Of a stretch of 64,000 nt of DNA, positions 23,529 to 37,051 are shown piece after piece. A model generated the notes under the pieces. That model made no database searches, was not told the origin of the DNA, and was given only the letters and a program-made list of their open reading frames with translations. The translations under genes were made by a program, and so were the position numbers. This DNA comes from Pocillopora damicornis (Eukaryota): contig NW_020845647.1 in NCBI RefSeq assembly GCF_003704095.1, forward strand, positions 496,001 to 560,000, in the 5' to 3' direction. Position 1 is the stretch's first letter. Every line of letters starts with the position of its first letter.

Positions 23529-26011
23529 AAGTGAGGAGAGGACACCTGAACAGAGTGTTGATATTATTTGACACTTTCTGTCATTTCCAAGAACCTAGAA
23601 CCTACCTCAACATGACACAAAGGAACAACAATTTGTCTAAGAAGACCCTGGTAAAGGAAGAGCACCTTTAACTGGCATTAGTGGATTTCAGAGCAGTCTT
23701 TCTAGCCACTAGTGTAGTGTGTTAGAGTATAAGAACATTTGGATTGGTTTGTGAAGATTAGGGTGAAGAGAGTAATTATGAACAAAAGCAGGAGTATGTA
23801 AAATACTTTCAAGCATTTTGGTTTCAACGGACAGCCTCCAAGGCAGAAGTATTTTTGAAAGAGAGAATAATTTTTAAGGCTTTTAATAACATGATTTGAA
23901 GGAAAGTTGAAAAGATGTATCTATAAGTTGAATTTATAAGTCTCAGAGACTTCTTATCACAAGAAAACAACCAGGGGTCTCAAACTAAAAGTTTGTTATT
24001 AATAAGTTCTAAGTATTTCACTGTTATGAATAGAATCACCATAGTTACTTTACCAGCCTATTTCAAAGTTTTAGAACCTCTCAGGGAAAAGTGACAAAAT
24101 GCATGTGTTTGTAGATTATGAGCAACATGAACAAGTTTTTTTATCTGTTAGAGTGAGCTAGTTGTGAGTTTCATTGGTTTGAGCTGTGTTACTTTTCCTT
24201 TGTTTAGTTTGAGGCTGTGAAGTGTGAACATTTCTTGTGTTAACCTGAATCCAAGTACCTAGCTCAGCATAAGTGTATCTTGATCTGTACAGATAGGATT
24301 GTATATAATATGTACACACTTATTGGACTAAGGTGCATGTATTAATCAGGTTTGGCTTTTTGTGATTGTGGCTAACACACACTATATAGAAAATGAATTG
24401 CTAATGAAATATTTGAGAGAGTAATAATTAAGTACAATTCTTGAATATCATTTCATTACATGGTAATATCACAGTTGCAGTAACATGACACTTAATTTGT
24501 TAATGTTCTTAGCTTTTTAGTCTTAAAAGCATTTGTGCTTCCTGAAGTTTTATTGAGTTGTGGCAAACTTCCCCTGTTGCCTATCATCTTCTATAACTCA
24601 TCTTTCATTTGTTTTCAATCATAAGCAGCAAACCCTATAAACAGTCAAAGGTAATTCGCTCATCACTGATTTTGCAACATGGTACAACAAAATATCTCAT
24701 CATTTTTTATCCAGCACCTTGGGTGCATCATGTTATATTTAAGTTTCTCATTAAGTGCCTATGTTAGGTCTGAAATGTGGTGCAGGTTCAGCACAGTTCA
24801 GCAGATTTTACTTAATGTATGCTAGAGTACCTCAAATGCAACAAATCATTCTTAGATTCCATGTCCTTGTAAGGCTTTTTTCTTGAAAATCTGATATCGT
24901 AATTTTTTATAGACTCTTCAGACTTTCAAAAAATGAGGATTTTTGTTAGGTCTGTATTTTCCCTTTTTGTAGCCCATGGATATTTTGAGATCTTGTTTTT
25001 GTTGTCAAAAAAATACTGCTGGAACTAAAAATGATACTTTTATTTTAAAATAGAAGTTGTAAATAGCTTGATTATTACAATAAAGTAATTAATAGTTATA
25101 CATGTAATGCTCCCTATGTGTCAGTTCTATTTGCTATCATTACATTAGGTTAACTATTTCATTCCCAAGAACTTCTTAATAATTCTCCTTGCCGTCTGCA
25201 ATTCAATTCTTAGGATGTTAGTTTGGGGAATTTGATACTGGGTCAACTGACAATCCCCTAGTGAAACTTTTTCTTTATTCCCATCACTTGACTGCTGGAT
25301 ATTTTTGCGGAAATATATATATCGGACGTCTATACTAAGAAACTTACATAATGGATACGTCAGTCTGCGGGTGGAGTGCGTTCTCACTATTTAAGTACGA
25401 AAGGGGCAAATTCTAAGGCTACAGAATTAAATCTGTGTTTTGGGGACAAAATCCAAAAACAGTATTTTCAGGGGCTTGATAATTAGTATAGGTAATAATA
25501 TGATTTCGAGTGCAATTTGGCGTCAATAAGCACTAGTAATTCTTCAAGATAATTTGTAATTTGCGCTCGTGTCTCAACTTTGTACACATGTCACATGAAG
25601 AATGAACTCGTTTTCAGCTGATCAGAAGTGCGTAAATTTTTTCATGTACATTTCTATGAACAAAATACATTTTGCATTCACAATATTGGTGGCATTTTTG
25701 AAGAAAGATTTTGGTCAGGTGTAGTTGAGGAAACGACAAAACGCGGCCTTGTAAAACTATCTGAGTCCCTATCTGAGTGTACTTTAGGTGTGGTTCTGGC
25801 CAAGCCCCCCTTGGTTGCGCAGAGTTTTTGACATAATGCGCAGAATTTTTGGCATAATTTTTGAACTCTTGTTTGTTTGTTTGCTTGATTTTGAATCAGA
25901 TCGTAGGATTGATTCTTAGACATTCAAGTCCATGGTTCATATCACCTCATTTGTTATGATAAGCAGAGGAAGAGGAAAGGGGAAAACCGAAGGGAAAGGT
26001 TCACTCTTTTA

Positions 26012-26270
26012 GCTCCCTTGCCTTTATTACATCAGAATGAGTTCAAATCGTTGTTCAAATCTACACTCTTACACGCATGCGTAACTGAGCTGTGGCTCTC
26101 CGAGAGGGTGAGGGGAGGTGGGCGGGGAGAGGAGAAAAGTAAAGTTCACTCCCCCACCCCCACCCCCACCCCACCCTCTCGGAGAGCCACAGCTCAGTAA
26201 CGCATGCGTGTAAGAGTGCAGATTTGAACAACGATTTGAACTCATTCTGCTGTAATAAAGGCAACGGAGC
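26012..26270. mobile_element. Foldback MITE with about 100-bp near-perfect terminal inverted repeats
   Basis: 26012-26110 is the reverse complement of about 26172-26270 with few mismatches; flanked by TA on both sides (26010-11, 26271-72); G-rich/C-rich core. Confidence 0.85.
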
Positions 26271-28154
26271 TAAAGAAATGGAGCAAAAATTAAAATCCCT
26301 GTAGGTACTGTTGACATGGTATGACTGAAATAACTAAGACGATGACAGAGTAATTGAATGAAATAGGAGATTGACAAATGTATCACGGATGGGCAGCTGT
26401 GTAAATGGACATATAGATGACATATAAGATGGGGGAAAGTAGAAAGTTGGAGCCGAAATGGCCTAGAAAATACTTTGTTGATTCTGCTACAAAGGAGCTT
26501 ATCATCATAAGTTGTCAAGGAAATGAGAATGTTTTATTAAGGTTATACATCAGCGAACCCGAGGCATACAAAAACTAAGCCTGAAAATGAATCAAGTTAT
26601 TTAATTTTCAGCTCAAGAAAGAATTGAAATCTCGGGCTGTTACTCATCAAGTAGTGAATAATTTTCGTGCCTACTGAAAAAAAAGAAAACTCCCCCACTG
26701 TTTATCACTTGTGATTAACTGATCTCTCCGGTTTTGGAGTAATTCTTTGTTATGTTTATAAACCGTTTGGCAGGACAAAATTAAACCATTGAAAAATAAT
26801 AAGCTTTCTTATCTTGTGAATTTATCATGGCTTTCAAGATTAACATCGAGATCTCGGTGAAATAACAACAATGCTTTTTTTTCTCTCGACTGCGGACGAA
26901 AAAAAAAAAACAGCTCATCGTTGTTTGCTTATGGTCGCCTCATTTTCCAACAAGCTTCAGAGAAAAAACGAAGAATCACATCCAAATAAATCGATTTCTT
27001 AAACAAGCTTGATTTCCACAATCAGCACATTGCGTTTACCGCACAACTACCAATTTGTCTTTTCACTTAGTCCATAGTTCATAGACTTTTTTTATCAGAT
27101 AACAAACTGATTCAGATCAAATATTTATATATAAAAATGGCAGAATATATCACTCTAGGCCTAACTTTTAGTTTGGAATGTCAACAATGACAGCTTCGAA
27201 TTTATAACGGGGACGAGAGAAACAACACAAACGTGGTATTTTCTTATTGATAAAAAAAAAACGGAAAACAGAGTTACTCAACCCGGAACCATATTCAATA
27301 CTACAGCTTTTCTTTTATTTCAAATTATTTCATTTTATTTTCCTATTTTTCTATTCTTTTTTTCAGCAAAACGATCATCAAATTGCTGCTATCTATAAAA
27401 AACAAAGATGTAAAAGAGAACCTTTCTCGTACTACATGGATCCTAATGGTTTCCAAAAATAGTCTCTTTGATCGCTAATACGTGAATTATGTCTGTTTTT
27501 AAAAAAAATTCATTTTCCAACAAAACCAATGCCAAAATCGATTGCTGAAACTTCATTTTCCTGACAGCAAAATCAAAATATCCGGTACTGGGGAAAGAAA
27601 AACACATCAACTACACACGTACACAAATTTTTAATAAATCGTTCAATTCCCGTCCCTTGAAGCTTGTGAAGGAGTCTGATGCTTTAACGCGCTGAAAATG
27701 AAAAGCATACGGTGTTTGTGCGATCCCAAAAATCTTCATATTAGACAGGTGTACCAACAAGTTACGTTAAAAGACAATCGATCACGTGATCACGCATCTG
27801 ATGTTGGCATATAAGCTCCCGCGTTCGCTTATTAAGGCATTATGTTGCTCATGTCCTGAACGACAAATGGGCGCCTATTTCTGAACAAATAATTTTCTTT
27901 TTACGGCGGGCTACCCATTCAGCGAACATTCAACATATTTTGGGGATTTGTCTAATTACACCGTTGGAAGCAGGCCGATCATTTATGGAAAATCATTACT
28001 GTTTCCATCTGTGTGGCGCGCTTAGCGAAACAGAAATTAGCGGTCAAGAAGTCACCTTTGAATCAAATCTTTCCTATACCGTGATCACAATCAACGGCTA
28101 AAACTACATAGCCATAAAAAATATAAAACAGCCCGAAATTAAACCAAAAGGAAA

Positions 28155-30754
28155 ATGGAGGCCGTTCTGATTTCGGGCGCCCAAGGATTAAACAGCGAAG
28201 GACTTGAAGGAGTGGACAGTGGCCGGCGATATCGCCATCACTCGGTCGACGGGCGCCCAAATCCGCCTTCAACATCGCGAGGAAGATTTTCTCCAGAAGG
28301 ACGTCCATCCCTGCGCGGGCGATTTAACAGCGACCTCGGTACAGGCGCCTTCGAACAAGCCGCGAAATATTTACGTCCGGATAAAATATCCGTCTATCCT
28401 CTTTTCGGAGGATCGACGAAAAGAGGAGGAGTTAGAGTTAAAATTAACGTGAGTGGAATGATTTTTGAAACCCTCGAGTCAACGCTTTCGCGCTTTCCAG
28501 ATTCGCTATTGGGGTCACCGATGAAGCGCGAAAAATATTACGACTCAAAGAAGAGAGAATTTTTCTTCGACAGAAATCGAGTTGCATTTGATGCTATTTT
28601 GTATTTCTATCAATCACGCGGAAAACTATTGAGACCCGTCGAGATTGACCGCAAAACTTTTTGCGAGGAAATTCAGTTTTTCGAATTGGGAGAAGACGTT
28701 ATCGAACGTTTCAAAGAAATGGAAATGAACGTGGTAGACCAAGACATTGGTCCTCTACCGGAAAACCCGATTCAAAGGAAGATATGGCAAGTAATGGAGC
28801 TACCACATTCATCACTTCCAGCCCAGATTGTCGCCATTTGGTCAGTAGTTGTGATTTTAGTGTCGATAGTTATATTTTGCATCGAAACACTGCCTCAATT
28901 TAGGGAAAGTCGTAACGATAAGAACTCGGCGCTGTATGGCTTGGAAATTTTCTGCGTTGCTTGGTTTACCTTTGAGTATGTTGTTCGCTTGCTCGCGGCA
29001 CCTCAAAAACTGCGTTTTTTACGCTCGTTTCTGAACATCATTGACCTAGTTGCTATTTTACCCTATTACATTATACTCGGTTTATCTGTGAGTGGTGGCG
29101 ATGAATCCGGTAATACGTCGTACGTAGCCTTTTTCCGCATACTTCGACTAGTGCGAGTTTTCAGAATCTTTAAATTATCCAGACACTATCGCGGTTTGAA
29201 GATCCTTGGCATGACGCTGAGAGCAAGTCTCCGAGAGCTTCTTTTGTTGTCCTTCTTCCTACTCATGGGTGTTATAATATTTTCCAGTGGAGTTTACTAC
29301 GCGGAGAGTGCTAATTTTGGAAGCATCCCCGAAGCATTTTGGTGGTCTGTAGTTACTATGACAACGGTAAGTTTCTGTTCATTTACATTTGTCAATTGCA
29401 TTTCCTCCTATAATTGGAGGATAAGATAGGTCTTTGAAGGCCAGCATTAATGAAATTTCAAAACACTCATAAATGACACCCAATCATGACAACACTTACA
29501 ATCATCAAGTGTTTTTGTTTTTTTCTTTCCTCTTTTTTTATTCTGTTTCATAATCTTTAAATTATCGAAGAAACATGAATCAGTCACAGTTTCAAATTGA
29601 AAGAGCTTAGTACAAATCTAATCTGTTCGTTTCATGAAAAAACACGATATTTGCATATTCACACTCAAGTTTGCATGTAAAAAGTCTGATATAAATTGCA
29701 AGGGAAATACCGAAAAACATGAAGTTTACCCACGATTCCTTAAAAAAAAGAAAATATCTGCCCGAGAACAAAATACTTCACAAAAAAATTGTCATTCATT
29801 ATTAATGCTGAGCATAACTGCCATTTTATTGATTGGTTTTTGTATTGCTCATTAAACATCTCTAATATCAGTTTGACGACATTTGGTATTTCATTCGCAG
29901 AGGTGACGAGAATGTTTATTACATTTTCCAGCTAGTGAAGCGCGTAAAAGAAATTCTAATCATATTTATTATATTTTAGTCTGTACATGACCAGATGGCG
30001 AGCGAAAATAAACAACTCCGCGGGATGACATTGAAAATTTTGAAAAAAATCAAGAGTCGGCTTTGACCAAATTATTTTTACAGAGCACACCGAAATAAAA
30101 TTCTAAACTTCTCGTAAAAGAAAATTTTCAAATAATCAGACTTGCTGTGATTGCTATCACTTCGATATTTAAAGAACCGTACAATCTCGGAAAAGAAGTT
30201 GATTGGCGATAATTTTCAGTCGTTGCTCTGAATGCACTCGACTTTCTCTTTCGCTATACCGAGCGAAAAAGGCTGAAATGAAAAATTTTTATTCAAAATG
30301 GTGCTAATAAAAGCAACATTAATTATTTAAAGGCGGTAGTGTTGCAGAAAATTTCATTCGCGATGCACGGAAGCGTATTCATTTGTGAAAACCAAGCTCG
30401 AGGTCATAAAAAATTAGAGATAGATCTGACTTTGTATGAGCAAGCGTATAATCTGCAGCGAGAAGGAAGAATTATCGATCGCCTTACCGTTTCAAAAGCG
30501 ACCGGAAGATTAAAATATTGTTATTGTATGCTCTTTAGGTTGGATATGGAGATAAAACCCCCACTACCGCATGGGGAAAGGTGATTGGCTCCATGTGCGC
30601 AGTCGCAGGAGTACTCACACTAGCTCTGCCTGTTCCAGTGATTGTATCAAACTTCAGTTATTTCTACAATCTGGATAAAGAGAAGAGAGCGGAGACTAGC
30701 GACTATGAATCTGTTCCTAACACTTCTCAAGAGCGAATGTCTGAATCGCCGTAG
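28155..30754 (+). CDS. Shaker/Kv1-family voltage-gated potassium channel, 2 exons, 475 aa
   Basis: Exons 28155-29366 and 30539-30754. T1 domain ([13 protein letters not shown]...[17 protein letters not shown]), S4 [17 protein letters not shown], pore [10 protein letters not shown]|VGYGD split by the intron, S6 [22 protein letters not shown] at 30838. Confidence 0.95.
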
Positions 30755-33700
30755 ATAGGATCGCCTGGTGTGTTTTCTGCGGATTCACCTGAATTTATTC
30801 CCGTCGAATTTGAAAGAACCGCGGTGTCAACATGCGTAATAAACGAAGGGTTGACATGAACAAACTTGACAATCGACTCCGCAAATATTTTTTTCCTCGA
30901 AGAATCATCCGCTGATCTTTCATCTCACGATTTTTAAAAGAGTTAAAGCCTTGTACACGTTTGGGTTTCACATGGTGAAGCGCTGGCCATGGTGCAAGCG
31001 TACCTTTTAATTTGAGACTCCAAATTGTCTTTGTGGTTTTTTCGATAACGTATGTTAATTGTAGTGAGGCAAAGTAAATCCACTTTTCACGAAATAACCA
31101 GAAAAGAAGCTTGATGGGAGCGTCACCAGTAGTTCCTTCCTTTCCTGTATTTTATCTGATATCAAGGCTTCTTTTCCGTACAGAGCTGGCAAACAAAGCG
31201 AAGATAATCGGTTTATACCACTGGGATATTCCACGATACCTATCAGTTTTGAAATGTTTTCCATGATTTTCCGAGAGATAGCGAACCGCTCTTCATTGAG
31301 CAAATGCAGTCACTAAACCATGTCTTTTCATTTATTCAAATCATGTATAAATTTCTCAGATCACGGAAGACTTTGAATGTACTAAAGAAAAAAAAAATTG
31401 AATTTTCAAAACAGTAAAGCAAAACAGTATCAATACAACCAATTTCAAATCTCTTGCAAAACTGAGATGTGTAAATTACCATTATCGTTTTAATTTTTCT
31501 GGATATGTTGCGCATGAAATAGATAAATTTTGTGCAGTTTCTATAAGTAGAAACAAATTGGTGAAATCGACGAAATCGAACGACTTTCAATCGTTCGATT
31601 TCGACCAAGCGAGGTAAACAGTGCGGTATCCAGTCTTAATCTATTTTCTTGAACAGGTGTCGATTTAGTCCCACAGATTGTATCTCATTGGATGGATGAT
31701 CAGTTCACTTTTTTTCATTCACCATTATTATCTTTTTTTTTCTCTGAGTGAAACACATTGACTTAAGTAAATATTCATAGACAGGGCGAGCTCGGAGCTT
31801 TTGATCGAACGTTCTCTAAAATGAATAATTAAAAGTCATTTGCCGAGCTTTTAAAAATTTCTCAATTATAGAAACTGAATGTTTTCCACTTATTTCACTT
31901 AATTTCATTTTATACTTATTTTCTAACGCGAGCCAAAATGTCCTAATTTGTGAATGTAAGCGAATAATTGAGTGGCGTTTTTCGCAATTCTTAAGTGTGA
32001 AACTGACAAGCTCGGCTTGAAGCAAAGTCATTAGTTCTTAATATTATGTAGCATTTTACACCACATGTAAATCAAACGCAAAAGTTTTGTTTATTTTTTT
32101 TAAACCAGTTTTGGCCTACTGGGTGCTGGTAAACACAGGAGCTTTGAGGAAATCTCCTGGTCAGCTCTGATACTTCATGAATAAGAAATAAGTGCTTAAG
32201 CTTGTGATGGTATTTTGACTAGAAACGAAATATTGTAGAATATTGTAGATCTCGAGAGCGCTTGAGGGTTCTGAAGATAGCAATACAGAAATCCGGCGAC
32301 AACAGCTGGGACTCTATTAGTCCTATTACAAAGCTCAACGGTCTTTTAAATACATTTATACATTCTCAGCAGTTTTCAAGAAATATTAATCGCACCACTT
32401 ATCAATTTTGTTGTAAATTGGGTACATATGTCTAAAATGTTACAATTAACGTGTGAAGTGCGAACGGCTTTCCTTAACTTAAATCACCAATTTTCTATGA
32501 GGCACTAACAAAATTTAAAATTGACAGTCCCCTGAGGACTATGGATTTCGTGCGAATCCTACACAGCGCATTTCCAGTTACGCCGGGCGCGTTTCTTCAT
32601 GAGCTACACCAACGGCCAAATTGATGCGTTTTTTATCATTCCTCATGGCCGTGTTGCAATTACAACTGAGATCAAATCCGTCGCATTTCGATTTTGAAAA
32701 ACCAATGAAGAATATACGTGGTACATTCATACCTCAATCAGCAACATTCAGAAGGAAAGTTGAATTTGATGCGTTGAGAATAAAGATTTATGCTAATGTT
32801 CATTCGTTAGCTTTTATATCTGCAATTAGCCTCTTTACGTGTGTACAAGTATTTTCGCTGATACTCATTCTGAGAATTTTCCATTAAAATACAGTTCAAA
32901 ATCTACCTTGTAGATTTAGCACAAATATTTTCACTGTACAAAAAGAGAATGATTAAATAAATGATCTTATGTATATCCTTCTTGCTGTTGTAAGTTAACA
33001 GAATCAGTTCGCAATCCAGTTTAGTCCTAGGGGATTTATCATTTTTCCGCTGGCAAGTTTCGGGCACCCGAAAGTCAGGGCGTCCCGGAGCTGTAAAAAC
33101 AAGGGCGTCCCAACTTACCTGCTGTTTCCCCGCTCTATGCCTCAAAGAACACACAAAAACTACTAGCTATAAAGGCTTCATAAAGTTCAACCAAACGTCT
33201 TTTTTTTTGCAAAAGAGAGGAGAAGCTTTAGGGATAAGGAGTAGACTCAGAGACTCACAATCCTAACGCTTGTCTTTTATTCCTTTCCCTGGTCTCATCC
33301 GAATTCACTAATCGAACGACAACCAGCTATTTCAACCCAACAGAAGTAGTAAAGGGGTGACAGTTTAGTAGAGGGCCAATCAGGTTGCAGGATTTTCACA
33401 TTCCATTCTGTCCGCCATTGCTGAAACCGAGTGGAGATATGGTTACGAGTCAAATGCCACGTGACGTGATAAGTTGACAATAACAGCACTTTTGTTTCGT
33501 GACAATAAGACTTGACAATGGTAATGGATGTAAAAATTCTGAAATCTGATTGGTAATTCCATAATACTGCATTCTGATAGGCTATCCACTATACTGCCAC
33601 CCTTTACTAACAGAAGTCAGTCTAAACCTTTTAAATTCCATACAGGACTCGCACGTAACCTCCCCTCACAATACCAATACATAAGCATTTCACTGAAAAG

Positions 33701-34041
33701 CACGTGGTAAGAATAAGAACTGATAGACGAGATGATCAGCAGTCTCATCCCAAGGTCTTTGTTCCTCTCACCCACTTAGGGTAGATTGTCTAGATGGCTG
33801 GATATAACATCAAATTCTCCCAAATGAATTGCAAAGAGACGTACAGCAACTGGAAGCTTGGCTAGAAGAGAGAATTATTTATGATGTGGCTGACTCAAAG
33901 AGCGGGCCAGAAGGGACACATCATTTGCCCCGACTGGCTGCCAGAACGGTCAGGATTGGCTCGGGATTTCCCTCTTTGATCCCGCTTAAATTAGAGAGTC
34001 GAAGTACAAGTAAACTGAAATAATCCTGGTAAGAGCTGCAG

Positions 34042-34240
34042 TTAACCCTCTACACTCTAACATCAGTATGTATTTTGCCCATACTGTTCTACATGTATTT
34101 CTTAAATGCTTACAAGGAGAATTTGTTTGACAAGGAACTGCCGGATCATTTCCTTTTTCCTCGTGACCTTCATGTTTGATTCAAGGGTGATATTGTAAGG
34201 AGAAATTAGATGCTTGTTACCGTTAGGTGTTAGAGAATTG
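34042..34240. mobile_element. TTAA-type MITE copy
   Basis: TTAACCCTCTACACTCTAACATCAGTATG...ACAAGGAGAATTTGTTT...GATCATTTCCTTT...AAGGAGAAATTAGATGC; collinear with the 41137 and 52501 copies. Confidence 0.65.
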
Positions 34241-36007
34241 AAGAAATTACATAAAAGAAGCCTGAAAAAAAATTCTGGCTTCGACGGAATGCGATTCCGC
34301 GCCTCTCCACGGGGATGGTGGAATTAAATATATACGACAATTTCGTGACTCCCTTTTTAATAGTTATTTGCGAAACACAGACATTCTGCCTGCAATACAA
34401 ATCTACCACAAACTTATCAGGCTCAGCAACAAAAGCGCTAGGAGACAAAACTTATCAATTCACGAAAACAAGGGAAGACGTGAATTAACAATCTGTTTTC
34501 ATCAAATATTTATACACCGCTTAGTATATTTTAAAAATATTTATCATCACTTTTTTGCTTCTGCACTAAAATTTGAATAATTTTTTTGAGTTTCCAAATT
34601 TTGGATCATTCTCAGAGATGCATTTAAGACTATAAGATGAACACAACATTATAAAACGCCCGAATTTTTTCACCCTGACAGGGCAAACAGAGGTTCCATA
34701 ATGCAGGTATCATTTTCGAAGAGCGTAAAAATATATACTTTTGGAGGATATTTTTATCTTCTCGTATACATGTAGTTTCATTTAGGTAATGCTATATTTA
34801 CTGATTTCATCTCATTTGATAAATGTTAAATTTCTAGGGGACCTAGGATCTTTTCCTTCAGTTTGCAACATCTGTTACCCACAATTTAGCTGTATTCATG
34901 CGTGAAGCTCGAGTTCAGTACAACTCTCCTGACACAAAAAGTAGGAAAAAAAACAGGTAAACACAAGAAGTAGGGGAAAAAACAATAACAGGTAAAATTT
35001 TAGCAGACCTGGATTTCAGTGACAGTGCGAGGTGTCTGTCTCTCAACTTATTCCATTGTGCGAGTTACAGAAATCAGCTTTAGGAAACACTCGTACCGAG
35101 GGGCGAGATATTTCCCACGCACTTCCCCCGCAATGTTATTAATGAACCAAGCAGGTTAAAGAAAGTTGCTCGTTGTCAAGACTCAAATCCAATATATAAT
35201 TTCTTAAATACGTCAGCTTTAAGTGAAACACCCAAGCAAGCCTCATCGAAAGGTTAACGGATATATTTAAAGGCTTTAGACCACCCAGAGACCAGCATCA
35301 TCGCAGGAGAATGAAGATGAGTCATAGCTGATTTCTGTTTCAAGTTTATCATTTGAAATCCGCACTAGTCTTCCTCCATCCTCAAACACCCATTTCCCCA
35401 TGACTTATTTTTATCTTTCTCGTGTTTTTTTAACGTAACAAACTATCATTTATTGCTCTATTTTAAATGGACAGTAGTCATCTCCCTCTCCGAAAAAACA
35501 AAAAAAACAAGTCAAAATGATGCTGTGTATTTGCCTCCACCTTTTTACACCCAATATCTTAATATCAGTTCTTAACAATGACTACTGATTCTTTATCAAA
35601 ATGATACTTCTGAGAATTTGATGTTACATCACTCAATATCTACTCATCACTGATCTGCCAGAAATTCTTTGATATTTTGCGAAGAATTTCCCTTTTTTAG
35701 CCACTCGTGGAAGAGAAGAGTCAGCGCTTTAGTTAAATAATTATATATTGCTTCAACATTTCTTCCCTCCACATTGTTCTTTTCCTTAAATTTTTACCTC
35801 GATTTTAGGAGACATCTCTGAGATTTTTACGAGACGATGTTGGAGGAATCGTAACACATTAACTTATTATTACACGCCGGAATCGCGTGCCAACGAGGAG
35901 TTTAAAAATTACGTCATTTCCTGTGTTCACTTGACCTCCTCTCCCATCAAGCAGTGGATTTGACCTCATAGGAAAAACAAATAGACCCACTTTTACCGGA
36001 AATCTAA

Positions 36008-37051
36008 TCATACAGTTGTTTGAAGAGTAAAAGTTTTCCGAGACGCTGGCGAATCGACTGCAAGTGACTGTTTCTGCATTGTGCGCGCTGTTCGACTCAG
36101 TTCATTTGAACGATTCTTTTGCTCGTGATAAAAGCTGCGGTGTGGAAAAAACAAATTGCGAAGTCCCTTTCTGAAAACCTTGTCCCTTATGGCATAAACA
36201 TAGAAGTTCATACAGCTGTTAGAAACGGCGAGGTATAATCCAATGCGAACCAATCGCGGAGGGAGGTCAGATAACACCGCAAAAAGTTTCCAAACTGACA
36301 CAAGAGTGTACACAGACCAGCAGAGACAAAACATTCCAATTATTATGAGGACAGTTTTTGTTGCTTTGTTTCTTCTCATGGATTGTTCTTTAGTCAAACC
36401 AGGAATCTGCATATTCTGCAACTGCTTCCGCGCAGCTTTGTAGATCATTGAATATGCAAGGATCATAATTAGAACGGGGACAAGAAAACAAACCAACCCC
36501 AAAGAAAGAGCGTACGATTTGTCCCCAAGTCCTTCTCCATTCCAATTTGGCTTGCAAGTGGCAGTACTTCCCTCATATACCAATTGACCCCAACCGAATA
36601 TGGGCGCGATCGCCCAGAAAATAGAATGAAACCAAACCAACGCAATGGTGATAAATGTCCTGCGAGGAGTGACGATTTCTGTGTAACGCAAAGGTCTTGT
36701 AATAAAAAAATATCTGTCAACTGAAATTGCACACAGATTCATCAACGACGCATTCAAAGAAGCGCTTACAATAACCGAGTGTGCGCGGCATAAAGGATTT
36801 CCAAACACCCAAGACTGTTTGATTACACTTGCCATCAATAGAGGGCAATAGATCATTCCGACGAGCAAATCCGCAACGCTCAGATTGCAAAGAAAGAAAT
36901 AATTCGGTTCGTGAAGTTTCGATGTGCGCCATACAACAATTAAGGCGAGAAAATTGCCAATGATAATTCCAATGTTAACGACGCAGAGAAATGCAGCGCT
37001 GATTGCAACTTCAGTGGTAGGAACAAGTGAATCTTGTGAGTCGTTGACCAT
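36008..37051 (-). CDS. Intronless class A GPCR, GPR161/GPR101-like orphan, 347 aa
   Basis: GN (TM1), LSVADLLVG (TM2), WVFGNPLC, ISVDRY, WFHS...PIFGW (as in GPR161), seven hydrophobic helices, helix 8 DKVFRKGL. Confidence 0.9.
   Translation of the reverse strand: MVNDSQDSLVPTTEVAISAAFLCVVNIGIIIGNFLALIVVWRTSKLHEPNYFFLCNLSVADLLVGMIYCPLLMASVIKQSWVFGNPLCRAHSVIVSASLNASLMNLCAISVDRYFFITRPLRYTEIVTPRRTFITIALVWFHSIFWAIAPIFGWGQLVYEGSTATCKPNWNGEGLGDKSYALSLGLVCFLVPVLIMILAYSMIYKAARKQLQNMQIPGLTKEQSMRRNKATKTVLIIIGMFCLCWSVYTLVSVWKLFAVLSDLPPRLVRIGLYLAVSNSCMNFYVYAIRDKVFRKGLRNLFFPHRSFYHEQKNRSNELSRTARTMQKQSLAVDSPASRKTFTLQTTV

Noticed and set aside
26018-26264. Two near-identical short ORFs on opposite strands
   Set aside because: Artefact of the inverted repeat arms.
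36008-37051. Opsin or aminergic receptor call
   Set aside because: No Lys at 7.43 and no Asp at 3.32.
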